Below, in pieces: positions 25,957-40,628 of a DNA stretch of 64,000 bases; the first letter of the stretch is position 1; each line of letters starts with the position of its first letter. This stretch comes from Eledone cirrhosa (Eukaryota). The position numbers and the translations under genes were made by a program. Where the stretch lies: NCBI GenBank assembly GCA_964016885.1, contig OZ024740.1, positions 238,266,001 through 238,330,000 of the forward strand. The letters run 5' to 3'. The notes under the pieces were generated by a model. The model worked only from the letters and a program-made list of their open reading frames with translations. It had not been told where the DNA came from and did no database searches.

Positions 25957-27697
25957 TAGCGCAACTAATCAGAGAGAGAATTGATCTAGATGAAATGCAG
26001 TTCGGGTTTGTGTCAGGCAAAATAACCACAGACGCTCTTTTCATAGTACGACAACTACAGGAGAAGTACCTAGCTAAAGGTAAACCCCTCTACTTAGCTT
26101 TTGTCGACCTGGAGAAAGCCTTCGACAGAGTCCCCCGCTCCATTATCTGGTGGGCTCTTAGAAAACTAGGCGTTGACGAATGGCTTGTGAGGGCTATACA
26201 AGCCATGTATAAAGAAACAGTCAGCAAGGTTAGAATTAACAACGAATATAGTGAAGAGTTTAGCGTAAAAGTTGGCGTCCATCAGGGCTCTGTTCTCAGC
26301 CCCCTACTATTTATTATTGCCCTTCAGGCTATAACAGAGGAGTTCAAGACAGGCTGCCCATGGGAACTCCTATACGCAGACGACCTGACACTCATAGAGG
26401 AATCAATGGCCGAGCTAGAGAAGAAATTCCAAACATGGAAGCACGGCCTAGAGTCAAAAGGACTTAAAATTAACCTGGCTAAGACCAAAGTTCTAGTTTG
26501 TAGGAAAGAAAACAAGGCGGCGGTCCCTTCTGGGAAATGGTCGTGCTCGGTATGTAGGAAAGGCGTAGGTAGAAACTCCATCTTATGTCCTAAATGCAAA
26601 GTATGGGTGCATAAAAGATGTAGTGGGATCACAGGTAAGCTAACTAAGAACGTAGACTTTACATGTGGCCGGTGTTCTGGTGCAATAAGTAGCAGCAAGT
26701 GCCCACAAAATACTAGCTCTTTCAATTGCGCAGAGGGTTCTATAGAAATAGTGGACAGCTTCCGTTACCTGGGCGATAAAATCAGCAGTGGGGGAGGGTG
26801 CTCTGAAAGTACTGTAGCTAGAGTCAGAACTGGTTGGAAAAAGTTCAGAGAGCTTATACCACTATTAGCTGCTAAAGGGTTCTCCCTAAAAATGAAAGGC
26901 AGGTTGTACGATGCCTGCATACGAACAGCAATGTTGCATGGTAGTGAGACCTGGGCATTGTGTGCAGAGGATATACGCAGACTAGAGAGGAACGAAGCTT
27001 GCATGCTCCGCTGGATGTGTAACAGTAATATACGTGAACGGCAAAGCATAAACGAACTAAGGAAAAAATTAGAGATAAGAGGGATCAGATATTGTTTACT
27101 CGAGAGAAGGCTGCGTTGGTATGGACACGTGATGCGCATGAAAGTCGATAGCTGTATTACAAAGTGCAGGGCAATAAAGATAGACGGTAGCCACGGAATA
27201 GGCAGACCTAGAAAAACATGGGATGAGCTGATAAACTCCGACCTCACACACTTACACCTCTCCAAGACAATGTCACTGGACCGTGACCTTTGGCGGTACT
27301 CAGTAACAGAGAAGACCCGCCTTGCCAGTAGGCATCTCTAACAAAATACACCCCGTCCCGCCACCACCCCCACCCCATCCACACCACCCCGTTCTATGTA
27401 AAGTTATGTTGGTGCCGCGCCATCCAGGCCGAAACAAATGAGATCGTGTAGGTGTCACGACAAAAAAACACACAGTCCACGCTGTAATGTGGCCGTGTAG
27501 GCAACACGGTAAAAACCTCCCAGACCCACACTGTAAATGTGGTTGGTGTTAGGAAGGGCATCCAACTGTAGAAAACCTGCCAGACAGTCCTATGCGAGCA
27601 AGACAATCACTCTTGCCTCAAGTGGGACTACCCCCGTCCAAACCCATGCAAGCGTGGAACACGGACGTTAAACGTTGATGATGATGATGATGATGAT
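25954..27697 (+). mobile_element. RTE-clade LINE, 5'-truncated, open RT frame 25995-27341, (GAT)n tail
   Basis: QFGF, FVDLEKAFDRV, GVHQGSVLSPLLF, YADD, FRYLG, RLRWYGHVMR, GRPRKTW. The 3' UTR ends GACGTTAAACG(TTG)(ATG)n. Inserted in a TA tract. Confidence 0.95.
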
Positions 27698-27719
27698 ATA
27701 TATATATATATATATAAAT

Positions 27720-27766
<47 letters not shown>

Positions 27767-27785
27767 CATATATATATTCACACAC

Positions 27786-27830
<45 letters not shown>

Positions 27831-27863
27831 TATTCACACACATAAGTATATATATATATAAAT

Positions 27864-27914
<51 letters not shown>

Positions 27915-28115
27915 CATATATATATTCACACACATAAGTATATACATATTTATATAGATATATATACATACACACACAAATATATATACATATATATATA
28001 TATTCATATATATATATACTACATATTTGTATGCATATATATATATATATTATATATATACATATAAATATAAATATATATATATATTATATATATATAC
28101 ATATAAATATATATA

Positions 28116-28150
<35 letters not shown>

Positions 28151-28231
28151 TTATGTATATATATATACATACATATATGTATATATATATATACATATAT
28201 ATACATATATGTTTATATATATATACATACA

Positions 28232-28278
<47 letters not shown>

Positions 28279-28295
28279 TAATATATATATATATA
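27698..28295. repeat. Degenerate (TA)n / (TACA) microsatellite
   Basis: Direct reading. Confidence 0.9.
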
Positions 28296-28616
28296 CACTG
28301 TCCATTTTGTTGTGGTGGTGGAAAGAATTGTGATTGTTTTTAGTGTTTCTACTTTTTTTATATTTGTTGTATTTGAGAGGAGATGGGCTCTCATCATAGA
28401 TGCTTTGTTGTTGTTTTTCTTGTTGTCATTTCTGTTTTGTTGTTGTTGTTATTGTTGTCAATGTTCTCGATACTGCTTCTTTTGTATAGTTATTGGTGCT
28501 GATGTTGTTGTTGTCGTTGGTGTTGTTGTTGGCAAAGAAATATATTTTATTCAATACCAAATCAGCAGATATAAGTACCCTTGAACTTCATTTTTATAGA
28601 TAGATACTGGTAGTGA

Positions 28617-29810
28617 TTACAGTGATGGTAATAATGATGATAGTGGTGTGGGGGGGAGGGGGGATAATGATGATAGTGGTGGGGGGGGGGGGGTAATAAT
28701 GATGGCGGTGGTGGTTGTGGTGCGGGATATTAATGATGATAGTGGTGGTGGTGGTGGTGGTGGTGGTAGTGGTTGTAGTGTGGTGGAGGTGGTGGTGGTG
28801 GTGGTTGTAGTAGTGTGGTGGTGGTGGTGGTGGTTGTAGTAGTGTGGTGGTGGTTGTAGTAGTGTGGTGGTGGTGGTGGTGGTTATAGTAGTGTGGTGGT
28901 GGTGGTGGTGATTGTAGTAGTGTGGTGGTCGAGGTAGTGGTGGTTGTAGTAGTGTGGTGGTGGTTGTAGTAGTGTGGTGGTGGTGGCGGTGGTGGTGATG
29001 GTGGAGGTGGTGGTGGTGGTTGTAGTAGTGTGGTGGTGGTGGTGGTGGTGGTGGTGGGTGTAGTAGTGTGGTGGAGGTGGTGGTGTTTGTAGTAGGGTGG
29101 TGGTGGTGGTGGAGGTGGTGGTGGTTGTAGTAGTGTGGTGGTGGTGGTGGTGGTTGTAGTTGTAGTAGTGTGGTGGTGGTGGTGGTGGTCATGATCCTGA
29201 TGTTGACCATGGTTATCATTGTGATGAAGTGTGTGGAGTGAATGGAGAGAGAAAGAAGGATGAACTGAGAAGATTGTGAAGGAGAGATGATTGACAGGGG
29301 AGAGAGAGAGAGGGGGGTGACAGAGAGTGGCACAGAGAGAATGTCAGAGAGAGAGTGACAGAGAGAGACAGAGAGAGTCAGAGAGAGAGAGAGAGAGAGA
29401 GGGGAGAGAAGAGAGAGAGAGAGAAAGTGTGACAGAGAGAGAGAGAGAGAAAGTGTGACAGAGAGAGAGAGAGAGAGAAAGTGTGACAGAGAGAGGGAGA
29501 AGAGGGGTGGGAAAGAGAGAGAGTGACACAGAGAGATACAGAGAGAGAGAGTGACAGAGAGAAAAAAGGAGAGAGAGAAGGAGAGAGGAGAGAGAGAGAA
29601 TAGGCAAGAAAGAAGAGTTAGCAGGTAATGAAAGAAAGAGAAAGAAAGAGTGTGTAAGTGTGTTTCAGTGCATGTGTGTGTATGTGCATATGTGTGTGTG
29701 TGTGTGGGCGCCCATCCATGTGTGTGAGTGTGTGCTCATGTATGTTGTGTGCGCTCGTGTGCATGTATGTTTGAGTATGTGTTTGTGTGTGTGTGTGTGT
29801 GTACATGGAG
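28617..29810. repeat. Low-complexity block: (GGT)n/(GTA) repeats, then (GA)n, then (GT)n
   Basis: Direct reading. The His/Pro/Thr-rich ORFs here are translations of the repeat. Confidence 0.9.
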
Positions 29811-30597
29811 CATAAAGTGGGAGATGTTGGTGGTAGGGAAGAGTTGGAAGATTATTATGGAAAGATAAATTCTATTTGCAGTGTAACCAGTGGATTGTTA
29901 TTTAAACAAACACTATCTCCTCTTTCTACTATATAAATGCTGAAATATTCCAGAAAATATTCCACAATCTTCTCAGCTCTCAAAATAAAATCAAAATAAC
30001 AGTTGAAGATGTTTTCAATAATGGCTTCTTTTCTGCTTTTGTTCAATCTTCAGTCTACATGTAGATTTGCATTCATTTGGGGATTTTTATCAATATCCCA
30101 TGCTGTCTCAAACGTTTTCCATTAATATTTTTCACTAAATCTTTATTGCAGATAATACAGTCATAGCCTCTTCTTTCTGTATTCTATACAACTGCAAACA
30201 AATGGCGCTATGTTCACATCTGAACACCAACCTAGAACAGTTAACAACTTTGAAACCTGTTGATTTCCTATATATTCTAACAGGTTATGTTCACATTCTT
30301 CTCTCTTCTTTAGACAAGAGTAAACCAACAGGATGCGTTAACATTCCTTTCTTTTCTCTTTTCTTTAGACAACAGTTAACCAACAAGAAGTGCTCATATT
30401 CCCTTCTCTTCTTTATCCCTTTAGTGTTCAAACCAGCCAAAACCAGCCAGAATTCTCTACCTCTTTCTGTTGAAACTGGCTGTAACTGGTCACTCAAACT
30501 GATGTTACGGTATTGTTTTCAAAATCTCATAGATTCGATATTATGTGAGATAATTATGTGAGGTAAAGCCTTTACCATTAAAATATAATAGTATATA

Positions 30598-31368
30598 TAA
30601 CAGCGGCGAAGATTCAAAACCGAATCTGAGCTTTCCCGCCTCTGGGACAAGCCATGGTTAGTTGTTTACGCCCAGCAGACCAACCCCTTGGGAGATGCTA
30701 AACACAGGTCAGATGTTGTTTACACCTGGCAAAAAAAGAGGTCAGATGATATAGCCATCCTTCTAACTTCAACCATTATAAATACAAGGGTTGTTAACGC
30801 CCGGCAGACCAACCCCTTGGAGATGCTAACCACAGGTCAGATGATATATCTATCCTTCTAACTTCAACCCTTATAAATACAAGGGTTGTTTATACCCGGC
30901 AGAAAATGTGATACCACAGACAAGAACGGACATTTCACCTACGCTGTCAAATCTTCCTTCACGAAAAACGTCTGTCCACTAATTTCTCATACGCCTTTCC
31001 CGCCTGGCTGAGTGATTACTACTACTGCTAAGACAAGAAAGTATACTAATACGCACACACGTACACATAGTAAGTTCACACTGTTTGCATTTTTACACGC
31101 ACCATTTCTGTTTGTCAGATTGTATCTTTCAGATACAATACAAATTATATTATATCATATTCTGTGATACTTGTATTTATGTGGCTCAAGGAGCCACCAA
31201 CTCATTGTACGAATATTTCATGTTATAGATTTTATCATTCAATATTCAAATTGAATATTGTTATAATAAAATAAACATTGTAACAACACAATCCTGGTAT
31301 TATTCTTTACATTGAAACCATCATACCAACAATTCCACTTATTCGTTACAACTGGATTATTCGTTCCA
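30598..31368 (+). mobile_element. Probable solo LTR inserted into a TTAA MITE
   Basis: The MITE 30417-31398 is split at its internal TATATA. The insert has duplicated blocks with TATAAATA (about 30777, 30872), AATAAA near 31265 and a TTCGTTACA-type end. Confidence 0.5.
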
Positions 31369-33979
31369 TATATATAGAGTAATGTGAATACTAAAGGGTT
31401 ATACACCAGTTAACCAACAGTTTATGTTTACATTCCTTTCATTCTCTACAGAACAGTTAACAATGGATTATATTGATAACTGTTTTTATGCTTTATTCAA
31501 TACATAAGGTTATATTAACATTTTACCAGTCATGGTAATATTGTTTCAAATTATGACAAAATAGTTCCAAGTTATGATAAGACAACTGATTGGGAGAATT
31601 GTTAAAACTTTTGATTATTTGCTTTGTGGTATTTGTTCCAGCTTTCTCTTCTCTGAGTTCAAATCCCAACAAGGTCATTTGACTTTCATTCTTTTGGGGT
31701 TGATAAATAAAGTAGAGAAAACGAATTTGAACAACAGGTAGGTGACTAAAATAGCAGCTATGTCTGGATGGGGAGATAGGTCATTTGGTGGCTGAAACAG
31801 TAGCCATACCTATTTCCTTGTCTAAATAGTTTTGACTGTATCTGAGATTAATTAAATAACTATCTGTAATACACTGCATCGAAAATGACGGCTCTGGACT
31901 GAGCAAAGAGCCAGACTAGGCACCTGGCATCTGGAATATTGTCAGATATTCTAACCCCTCTACCATTTGGACAACACAGCCAGTGGAACTTCTATGTTCA
32001 TTTTCTATAGAGGAAGAGCAATGACATTCTTGGAGAAATGTTGAACATCAACAATAACCAACTGCGAGATTTATGAAAGAATTATCATCACATGTAGGAT
32101 AGATCTAGTTATTGGCCAAGTGCATTATGGAAATAGATTACTCTGCCATCATCCTTTGAATGACTGGCAGATTTCCCCTGTCTGGTGACTATGGCAAAGG
32201 AGGTTGTATGGTGGACATGACTAAAAGAACTGAGGACAAACAGAAGTTGTTTAGAAGCCCATCAAATGTATACATTTAGTAGAGAGTTATTACTGTAACA
32301 ACCTATTCTATCAACTACAATGATCCTAAGAGCTTTTTGTTTTGGACTGCAGTGTGTTAGTTGAGTATATTTGTTTATGCAAACATCCAACATAGACAGG
32401 TATACTCCAGAATGTTTGTTTTAATCTTTGTAAACAATGGCTCTTCTTTCCTTGTTCAGCTTGCCTTCAATTCTTTGTAGCATTTGAATCCTCTGTGCAA
32501 CCAGCTCTATTACATATAATTGTTTCTACTTTTGGCACAAGGCCAGCAATTATCCCAGTGCATTACTGGTACTTTATTTTATCGACCCTGTAAGGATGAA
32601 AGGCAAAGTTAACCTCAGCAGGATTTGAACTCAGACTGTAAAGGGACATAACTCTATGCTGGAAAGCATGGCGTCCGACCCTCCACTGATACTGCCAATC
32701 CACCAGCCTTCATATAATGAAGATATGTTGTCCACACTAACTTGCTCTTTTTGGTTATGCCCAGAATCCCAAGCTGCTTTTTCATAAGTAAGCCTACAGT
32801 TCTCAAAATGGTTTTAGGAGATTCTTTTCCTTGATAAATCCAGTTTTACATTTTGATGACTTAAATGTTACCTCCTTATTGTCCATCCAGTCTGCCATTC
32901 TGATAAAGTCTCTATTTAAGCTAATTTCTTCCTTTCATAAAAGTTTTCTAATTTCGAGCATCTACGTCAAAGATGTATTTCACTTTTTCCCACTCATTTT
33001 TTTGCAATTTACTTTTCAGAACCAACTAGCATGTCTGCGATATAGTTAAAGTACACACATAAGTATATTACTTTCCATTTTTTTTATAGTTTAGCCAAAA
33101 GTAAAGAACTGAGCCCATGTTCATTGCATGCTCTCTGAAACTGGAGTGGTTGATGTTTATCTTCAATAGATGGTTGTTAGTGGTGCAAGAAAAAATAGGC
33201 AGGAAGTGAATTTCAAAAACTGTCATTCTGGTAATTGATGATTTAACAAAGCAGGAAGTTTGGAGCTTGAGAGGGATGACAGAATGGAGGATGGGGTGAG
33301 GAGAGATAAGTGTATTAGGTGGAGGAAGTTGGCTAGTTTTGAGAAACAAAAGCCATTGAAGTAGTGGCAGAAAATACAGAAAGAGGTGAATATGTATTGA
33401 TGTTATCTTTACCAATCATGTAGATAACTTTAGTTTGGATGTGGTCGAATAGAACCATCCCAGATGTGGAAGTAGTATTCCATTCATGGTCTCATAAGAT
33501 CTCGAAAGAAAGAGAAAGAGTCAGCAACTGTTGAAAGCTGAAGTAGTTTCTCACCCTGAAGGTTAGCCATTCAGATGCAGTTTTTGTTATATAATGTGAA
33601 ATCACCAATTATAATGTGGTCTAGACTTTGAAGATTTTAGTTGCCTATTGAATAAGACTAAAGAGGAAACAATACAAGTGTACCCATTGTGGATATTGAA
33701 TTTTCTATTAAAGAACAGAAGAATGATTCAATCTCAGTAGTCAGAACTCAGTAAAACCTTTGCTAGTGGCACCAATTTCTAATTAGCTGTATTGCAAGCT
33801 GACACTCATTTCAGCTGGGTCTAACCTACATTTTAATAGTTCTTAAATGGAATCTCAATTTTCTTTCTTTATTCCCATTCTGCACTGTCTGCACATCTGT
33901 TCCTCCTTGGACAATTCCAATTTCCTATCAGATTTTCTGAGAAGAGGTTGCTGTCCCTTCACTAAAATCTTCTCCATTC

Positions 33980-34710
33980 CTGAAGGAAGGAACACTGTTG
34001 AGGATGATGGGTATACAGCCAGTAAGGAATATTGTGAGGAGAAACAGAATGAGATGGTTGGGTCATGTGTTGAGGAAGGATGAAAGATAAAGGATGAGAG
34101 GAATGATGGAAATGAATGTGAAAAGAAGTAAAGGAAATGGAAAATCAAGAAAAACAGCTAAAGATGGAGGAAATGAAAGCCAGGCATTAGTGAAGGGAGA
34201 TACAGCCAACAGTGCAAAATGGACAAGTTATTCATGGAATCTGCAAAGCCAAACTTGGCTTTATCAGGGAAAATAGCCATAAAACACATGTTGATGTTGT
34301 TTAAAAATCATGGGTCTACTCGATCATGGCTAACCAGCTTGCCAACAACACCGAACACCTTTTTGAATTCCATGTGTCTAACACATGTGGGCATGCCTAC
34401 AAAGTCAGAAAGCAACACAGCTCCCATGACTTTCGGAAACATTTTTTCACACTCAGACTTGCTGAAGCATGGAACAAACTACCTGCATTAGATGTTAGCT
34501 GTTGGGAGACTGTATCCTTCAAAACCTCCACACTTGCTGAAATTCGCCAACACTACTCCTGATATTCTGCCTCCATATACATGCACGCATGTATCTGTGT
34601 GTATATCATGACTCATACATTGTTTACATTCCTAACAGTTGTACAACATTCTGTGTACTATACATGCAGCTTTGATGAGTTGTAGTGCATCTGAACCTTG
34701 TACACATTGA
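33980..34710 (+). mobile_element. Decayed RTE 3' fragment followed by a CR1-clade LINE 3' end
   Basis: RWLGHVLRK-like motif near 34050. 34326-34562 reads CGHAYKVRKQHSSHDFRKHFFTLRLAEAWNKLP, the same family as 57474-57662. Confidence 0.75.
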
Positions 34711-35326
34711 TGTGACCCTAACGTTGTTTTACAACAAAAGGTGTGCTGGTGCTATCACAAAAAGCACCCAGTCTTCTCTAAAAGGTGATTATGCTGGTGC
34801 CATGACAAAAAGCATCCAGTTCACTCTGTAAAGTCATAGTGCTAGTGCTGCAACAAAAAGCACCCTCAGTCCTCCCCATAAAGTGGTAGTACAGGTAACA
34901 CAAAAACCCCGAGAAAACTCTCAGTACATGCTGTAAAGTGGTTGGCATTAAGAAGGGCATCCAACCATAGAACACCAAGCTAAAAACAATGTATGAGCAA
35001 GACACGGTCATCTGACTTGTCTATCCTCATTTGTGACAACCTGTCTTATGATGATGATTAATAATAATAATCGTTTCTACTTTAGGCACAAGGCCAGCAA
35101 TAACCCAGTGCATTACTGGTACTTTATTTTATCGACCCCGTAAGGATGAAAGGCAAAGTTAACCTCAAATCCCACCGTGGTTAACTTTGCCTTTGATCAT
35201 ATATCTGCTAGATCAGGACTAAACCAGAGCTAACTAACAACAAATTTAAAATTCAATCACTTAATAAAAGAATTTTGAAATATTTTATTGAAAAATACAA
35301 ACAAATATTTACAATATATATATATA

Positions 35327-35557
35327 TAGTATAAAAAACGAAAAATCAGTGATGCATCTGGACTCAATTTATTGCATGTTACAATTGTTTCGCCGGCAGG
35401 TAGCTCGAGACATGGTCCCTGTATGGGTCTGGCTGATTCTACCAGAATCAGCCAAACTCATACAGGGACCATGTCTCGAGCTACCTGCCGGCGAAACAAT
35501 TGCAACACGCAATAAATTGAGTCCAGATGCATCACTGATTTTTCGTTTTTTATACTA
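35327..35557. repeat. Inverted repeat (about 114-bp arms, 3-bp spacer) in a TA-bounded element, with HHR 3' half
   Basis: 35327-35440 is the reverse complement of 35444-35557 (about 4 mismatches). Each arm has GAAA-CAATTG-(T/C)A but the CTGANGA half is absent. Confidence 0.88.
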
Positions 35558-35638
35558 TACACACTCTACTCTGTTGAATACTGAGTGCTAATTTTGGCAT
35601 ACCGCCTATGGAAGCAACATAGCTACCATTATACACAA

Positions 35639-35760
<122 letters not shown>

Positions 35761-38700
35761 TATACAACAAAGAAATATAATAAAAATAAAGAGAAATAGA
35801 TGGAAGACCTTGATATCAATTTAACCCATATTTTTTAAGGTTCAATCTATTCATTGTCACTGTAATATTATATTACCACTGATATGTTGTAAGAAATTTT
35901 GAGTAAAAGTCCAGTTTTAGCATCATACTTCCCAAATTATAGCGAAGACAGTGATTTAGTAGAGCCATTATTAGAGGTTCAGATTTAAAATTTTCAGTAT
36001 TTGTTCTGGTTCACTACACTCACAGTTCAAATTCTGCCAAGATCAATTTTGCCTTTCATACTTTTGAGGTCAATAATTATAGTACCAGTGCAGTACTGGG
36101 GTCAATTCTTTCTCTGGAAGAAATTGGCTATGTTCCAACCTAGAGAGGCATGCACTCTGCTAGATTTTAAATGCCCAAGATAGCGTCCCTGCGAATCCAC
36201 TAGGAGTTAAGGGCCCTTTACTTACCTACACTAATTATATAACATGCTCTATACAGTACAACACCTGTGGAGATAAAATTGTTAACCATATAGATATGGG
36301 TCCACGCCTTACTACAACCATTGTGATGTAGCCCTGGACAAGACACATAACTCTTTATACCACTATCAGCTTGAGTAACAAACTAGCTGTAAGTTCTACT
36401 TCAAGGTGGAATCCATCCATAGACCCTTAACTCTTGAATAAATTGTAGGAGTGCCATAGTGATATACAGTGTGTCTTGGGTATTTAAACCTGGTGGAGCC
36501 ATTCCCTCACAAGGCCTTAGAAAGTGAATGAGAGAGAGAACATGAGGAAGAGATATAGAAGAAGAATCAACCCCAATACTGGGCTGGCACTTTATTCATT
36601 GTCCTTGAAAGGATGAAAGGCAAGGTTGACCTAAACAGGATTTAAACTCAGAGTACAGAGATGGAATTAATAACACAAACCATTCTATCCAATGTTCTAA
36701 TGACTCTTCTAATTCACTGCCATTCAAGCTTGACTAGTCAAAGGAAATAATAGGGAAGAAATCAGCTTCTATAAGCACTTTTTTCGATGATTAACATAAA
36801 ACAGTTAACATTTGTTACATTAAGAACAGTCTTAAAACAAAGAACCAATATCAATCTATTGAGTTCCTGAAGAAGTCATTGTTCAGATGTTGCAGAAAAG
36901 GGGAGATAAAAAATAAAAGAAAAGCCACTATGGCACATAGGAAATATGGAGTGTTTTCAGGGAGACTACTTTAGCTAATGAAAAGAGCAAATACAATGTT
37001 TAGTGTGGTTACAGGCAAACTACCAGCCAATGTGAAACGGAAGATACAATTTATGTGAAGGTTTTACAGGAGAGCATCTTCATTGGGGTCATGTTATATC
37101 ATGGACATCAATAGTTAGTTAGTGAGCCTATTGGAAGATTTCTGTTAAAGTCAAAACAACAAATCAAAATAAAAATGGATAGATTGGTGAAAGTAATCGC
37201 TTGCCCAATTGTTTGGTGATCAAAACAAATTCCACTTGTCCAGTAAAATAGGGTCTAACCAAATCCTGATTTAGCCCAGTATGTAATGAAGTGAAATATG
37301 TGGTCACTAGTAAAGCTGAACTCTCACCCAGGCTATGGAACAGTGGCTAGGAAATACCTGAGCCACCTTATGTTGTCCACAAACATTAAAGTTTATCTTA
37401 ACATGAAATAATCACTACACTACTATATCAAATACAATCATGGTAAGAGAGGCTATGGAACAATTTTGAAAGATATATCCTGAAGAGAATTAAGTAAACT
37501 GTGCAAACAAACTTGTAGACAATTCTCAATGATCACAGCCAAAACGTAATGTACAGAAGTGAATGTAGTCCATCCAATATTATTTGCTAAATTGCCTGCC
37601 ATGATTAATGGAAAAGGTGCTATTATGCCTGATAATGTTCAGTTACAGTGTGGATAACTTATCAAAGCTAGGAGATAAAATATTTATACTATCTAGATAT
37701 CTCACTAACAGACTTACACCTGTTCAAATATTTAGTTAAATTCCTTCAGCAGAAAATGTTTCATAAACATGTAGCTCTTCAAGATATCCACAAAGAGTTC
37801 AGAATGTTTTTAAATATTTAGAGGGGTTTTCTTTCAGTAAAGATTGAAAACAAAAAGTGTTTCTATGATTGAAAAAGTGCATTAAATCATTTTGATTAAC
37901 GAAACCTTTTAGAAACACTAGTTTTTTTTTTCATTATGACAAATGTGAAATCTTCTTATAACATTTAGATATGTTTACAGTGTTGTTATTTGACTCTACC
38001 TTATGTTTTGAAAAAATTATTTTGCAAATTTTACATAAGTGCTGTACCATCTGGTTTGCCATTTTGATTTGGTTTTAAAGAATTTTATTTTTGCTTGGTT
38101 GGTCATCTTTTATTGGCTTATGACAGTGAGTCATTGAGTTTGCTCCATGTGGCATTTGATAGGTTACACTTATGTTTTATATTCCCAAGTTTAAAATATA
38201 TTATTAACCTATTCAATACAACAATAATAATAATAATAATATTTTATTATTATAAATATTCTTTATAACACACACACACACACACACACACACGCATATA
38301 TATAATTCATATATTGTAAGCCCTCTTTTTGTAAAGCCCTGGTGCAGTTGTATCATTTGCATCATGATAAACTGGCCCTGGAAAAAAAAATTCTGTGGTG
38401 TCCCTTCCCTTGGTACCCTAAACATGTAATTTTTAATTTATGGTTAATCCAGGCTTGGCTGAGTTGATCATAAGATTATGTATATTTTTGAATATAAGTA
38501 TATCTTTAGAAATTAACATTAAAAAAAAACCCTAACACTAATCACATTTTGTTTGGAGATGAAACTTGTCAAAATTAAATGTAGATGTAAACATTAAAAA
38601 GTAACTGATGATCTCTAAAGAGTTTAATGATTTGGAAAATTACAGTCCCATTGAAGATGATGTTTTACTGAAGTTTTAATAGTGTATCCAAACAGGGAAT

Positions 38701-39792
38701 TGATCTGGAACAATATAAAGAGGTCCATTTTTAGTAGATTTATTGCTGTGTGAAGAAGTTATATTTCCAATTGCAGAGAATTACTTTTGTCTGTCTCATA
38801 TAAGGACTTCTACTTTTCTCTGAAGTTAAATTAACCTTGTATTTTTTATCTGGGTTGTCATCCATATGTTCTATTTGGTCATATTTGGGTCACTAATTTG
38901 TTATAGTGGTGCTGAGGTACCTAAAGAGTATTACCAACTTCAGTATTGTACATGTTGTCTGTTGTTTTCCTAACTCTAATTGTCTCACATCTTGCTGATG
39001 ATGATACCACTATTACTGTTATTGGTGATGATGACTATCATCTTCTTATTTTAAAAACTGATTGTATTTAAGCTGGTTTTATTATTGTAACATTTCTACC
39101 TTTTTTATGTATAATGATGTGATAATCTGTTGAAGGTAACACTTTCATGGCTTCATCTTCCCTTTCTTTTTTTGTCATGTTCATGTATACTTTTTGTGTT
39201 GTTTTGTCTGGGCACATCTGTCTTATTTGTACTAACTAATGAGCTCCTCTGATGAGTAGTCCTTGCCTTTGATATCGTAAGTCTGTCTTGAGTTTGCATA
39301 AGTCCATAATTACGTAAAAACTAAATAAATATGAGGGTTCAATTCATACAAATAATATTTCTCCATTAGGTTTGACCACCAGCATTGATTTCTATAAAAA
39401 GAATAATTTTCAATAACTTTTTTATAATTGTTGTTTTTTCCTTTTATAAGAGTTTTTGTTGTTTTTCTTTATGAACAAAAAGTGTTGAAAATTTGCATTG
39501 TTTCCAGTTACCCTAGTTATAAATAAATAATTTGCTTAAATTGCTTATTGTTATTAAGTGTTAAATAAATTAAATTTAAAAGAAACATTATTTTTCATAT
39601 ATATGTGGTCTCTGGTCTAGAGGAAAACTACCTTTTTAATCTATTGTTTAGCATTTAGCACTTATACCTTAATGTTTTATCAGTTAAAATAATGGAGGTG
39701 TCAAGGAGGACCATTTGTTGGGCTGTTCTTGGGGCATTAATTAATTAATTAGACTTAATCCAGCCCTGAACTTATCTCAAACATTAGTACAT

Positions 39793-39832
39793 CTAATCAC
39801 CTTCAGTTGTCATAAAATGGAAGAAACGATCC
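39793..39832 (-). CDS. HEMK1: HEMK1-like methyltransferase, last coding exon: (R)DRFFHFMTTEGD*
   Basis: Acceptor TTTATTGCAG, phase-2 continuation, TAG at 39793-39795. Matches the HemK C-terminal G..RF motif. Confidence 0.8.
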
Positions 39833-40628
39833 CTGCAATAAATCAAAAATAGTTTACAAGTGATATTTGTAACATTTATCTTAAATTACATATGAATGCA
39901 CAAAATTTATAAATTATCATTACTATTATTTTTATGTCTGTTTTTACATACTGCCAATAGTTAGATAAGACATTTTGTATACAATATTCTACAACCAAAT
40001 GCCCTTCTTAATGCCAACACATTTGTTGTTATTATTGTTTTAAGTAAGGATCTATTCTACATTGAACTGCTAAGTTACAGGACCTAAACAAATGTCACCA
40101 GTTACCCATGTGGTTTTAATGTGAGGACACATAGAAACACACACATACACCCACACATACGCATATATAAGTAACAGGCTTCTGTACTAAATCATTCAAT
40201 GGAAATAAAAAAATTTATACATTTTTTTGTAAATATGTTTTTCTAAGAAAATAAATGACTTTATTTGTATCATAATCAAAGAACATTTAAAATGAATAAT
40301 CAGTAAAGGACAGAAAAAATATCTGTTATCAAATCTTAAGACTAGTGAGTTTAGTAATTATCTTCATTACCTCCACTTCTATCAATGACTCCACATGAAC
40401 TCTCTAGAGAGCTCCCCAAACCACTAAATCTTTGAAAGAGTTCAAACAAGAAATTAAAATGGTAAAATCTGGATTGAATCTGATTTGAAATAATTGTTTC
40501 TACTTTAGGCACAAGGCCAGCAATTACCCAGTGCATTACTGGTACTTTATTGTATCGACCCCGTAAGGATGAAAGGCAAAGTTAATCTGATTTGAAATAA
40601 TGACTAAGGGACTGGTAAAACTACTAAC

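Noticed and set aside
28617-29333. 238-aa His/Pro/Thr-rich protein
   Set aside because: Trinucleotide low-complexity repeat with no splice or domain support.
36780-38200. Possible decayed DNA-transposase or host exons
   Set aside because: No diagnostic motif or consistent frame could be identified by eye.
39241-39295. Hammerhead at CTCTGATGAG downstream of HEMK1
   Set aside because: GTAA in place of GAAA and weak stems. Not supportable.
39314-39391. Alternative last exon of HEMK1
   Set aside because: It has an acceptor-like site but no HemK similarity. The exon at 39793-39832 supplies the expected RF motif.
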